A stretch of 64,000 nt of DNA from Antedon mediterranea (taxonomy: Eukaryota; Animalia; Echinodermata). The notes below the pieces were generated by a model. That model searched no databases. It was not told the origin of the DNA and worked only from the letters and a program-made list of their open reading frames with translations. This document shows, piece after piece, positions 63,920-64,000 of the stretch. The stretch covers positions 11,394,795-11,458,794 of the forward strand of contig NC_092670.1 of assembly GCF_964355755.1 (NCBI RefSeq), read 5' to 3'. A program made the translations under genes and the position numbers. Numbering within the stretch: position 1 is the first letter of the stretch; each line of letters opens with the position of its first letter.

Positions 63920-64000
63920 TTAACAGTTGTTGCTTCATCAAATACGGTAACATAACAGGGGTGTAATGAAGTTAGATGTAACAGTATGTACGGTAGCTTT

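Overview
AT-rich (about one third GC, by eye), intron-containing animal genomic DNA. An invertebrate deuterostome such as an echinoderm is my inference from the repeat content, not established. Two protein-coding features are well supported, both on the minus strand: the first coding exon of a secreted type I (formylglycine) sulfatase (995-1268) and an uninterrupted class A GPCR of the bombesin/CCHamide/endothelin receptor group (15976-16995). The GPCR has a 5'-UTR splice acceptor, and its first exon may lie about 40 kb upstream at ~57.2-57.4 kb. A possible signal-peptide exon of a third gene lies at 63276-63354 (+). The rest is repeats: PIF/Harbinger-like MITEs that stack and nest at TAA/TTA, a deleted hAT element with a 5-bp TSD, P-like, Kolobok-like and CACTA-like non-autonomous elements, LINE 3' ends, tRNA-derived SINEs (one with a Deu-domain-like core), and many minisatellites. 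The most unusual signal is the palindrome TAGGCCTA, found at least 33 times by hand against fewer than 1 expected. Comparing repeat copies inside the window shows that it arises by insertion of GGCCTA (or GGCTA) at an existing TA, which looks like a mass excision-footprint or TA-directed micro-insertion process.
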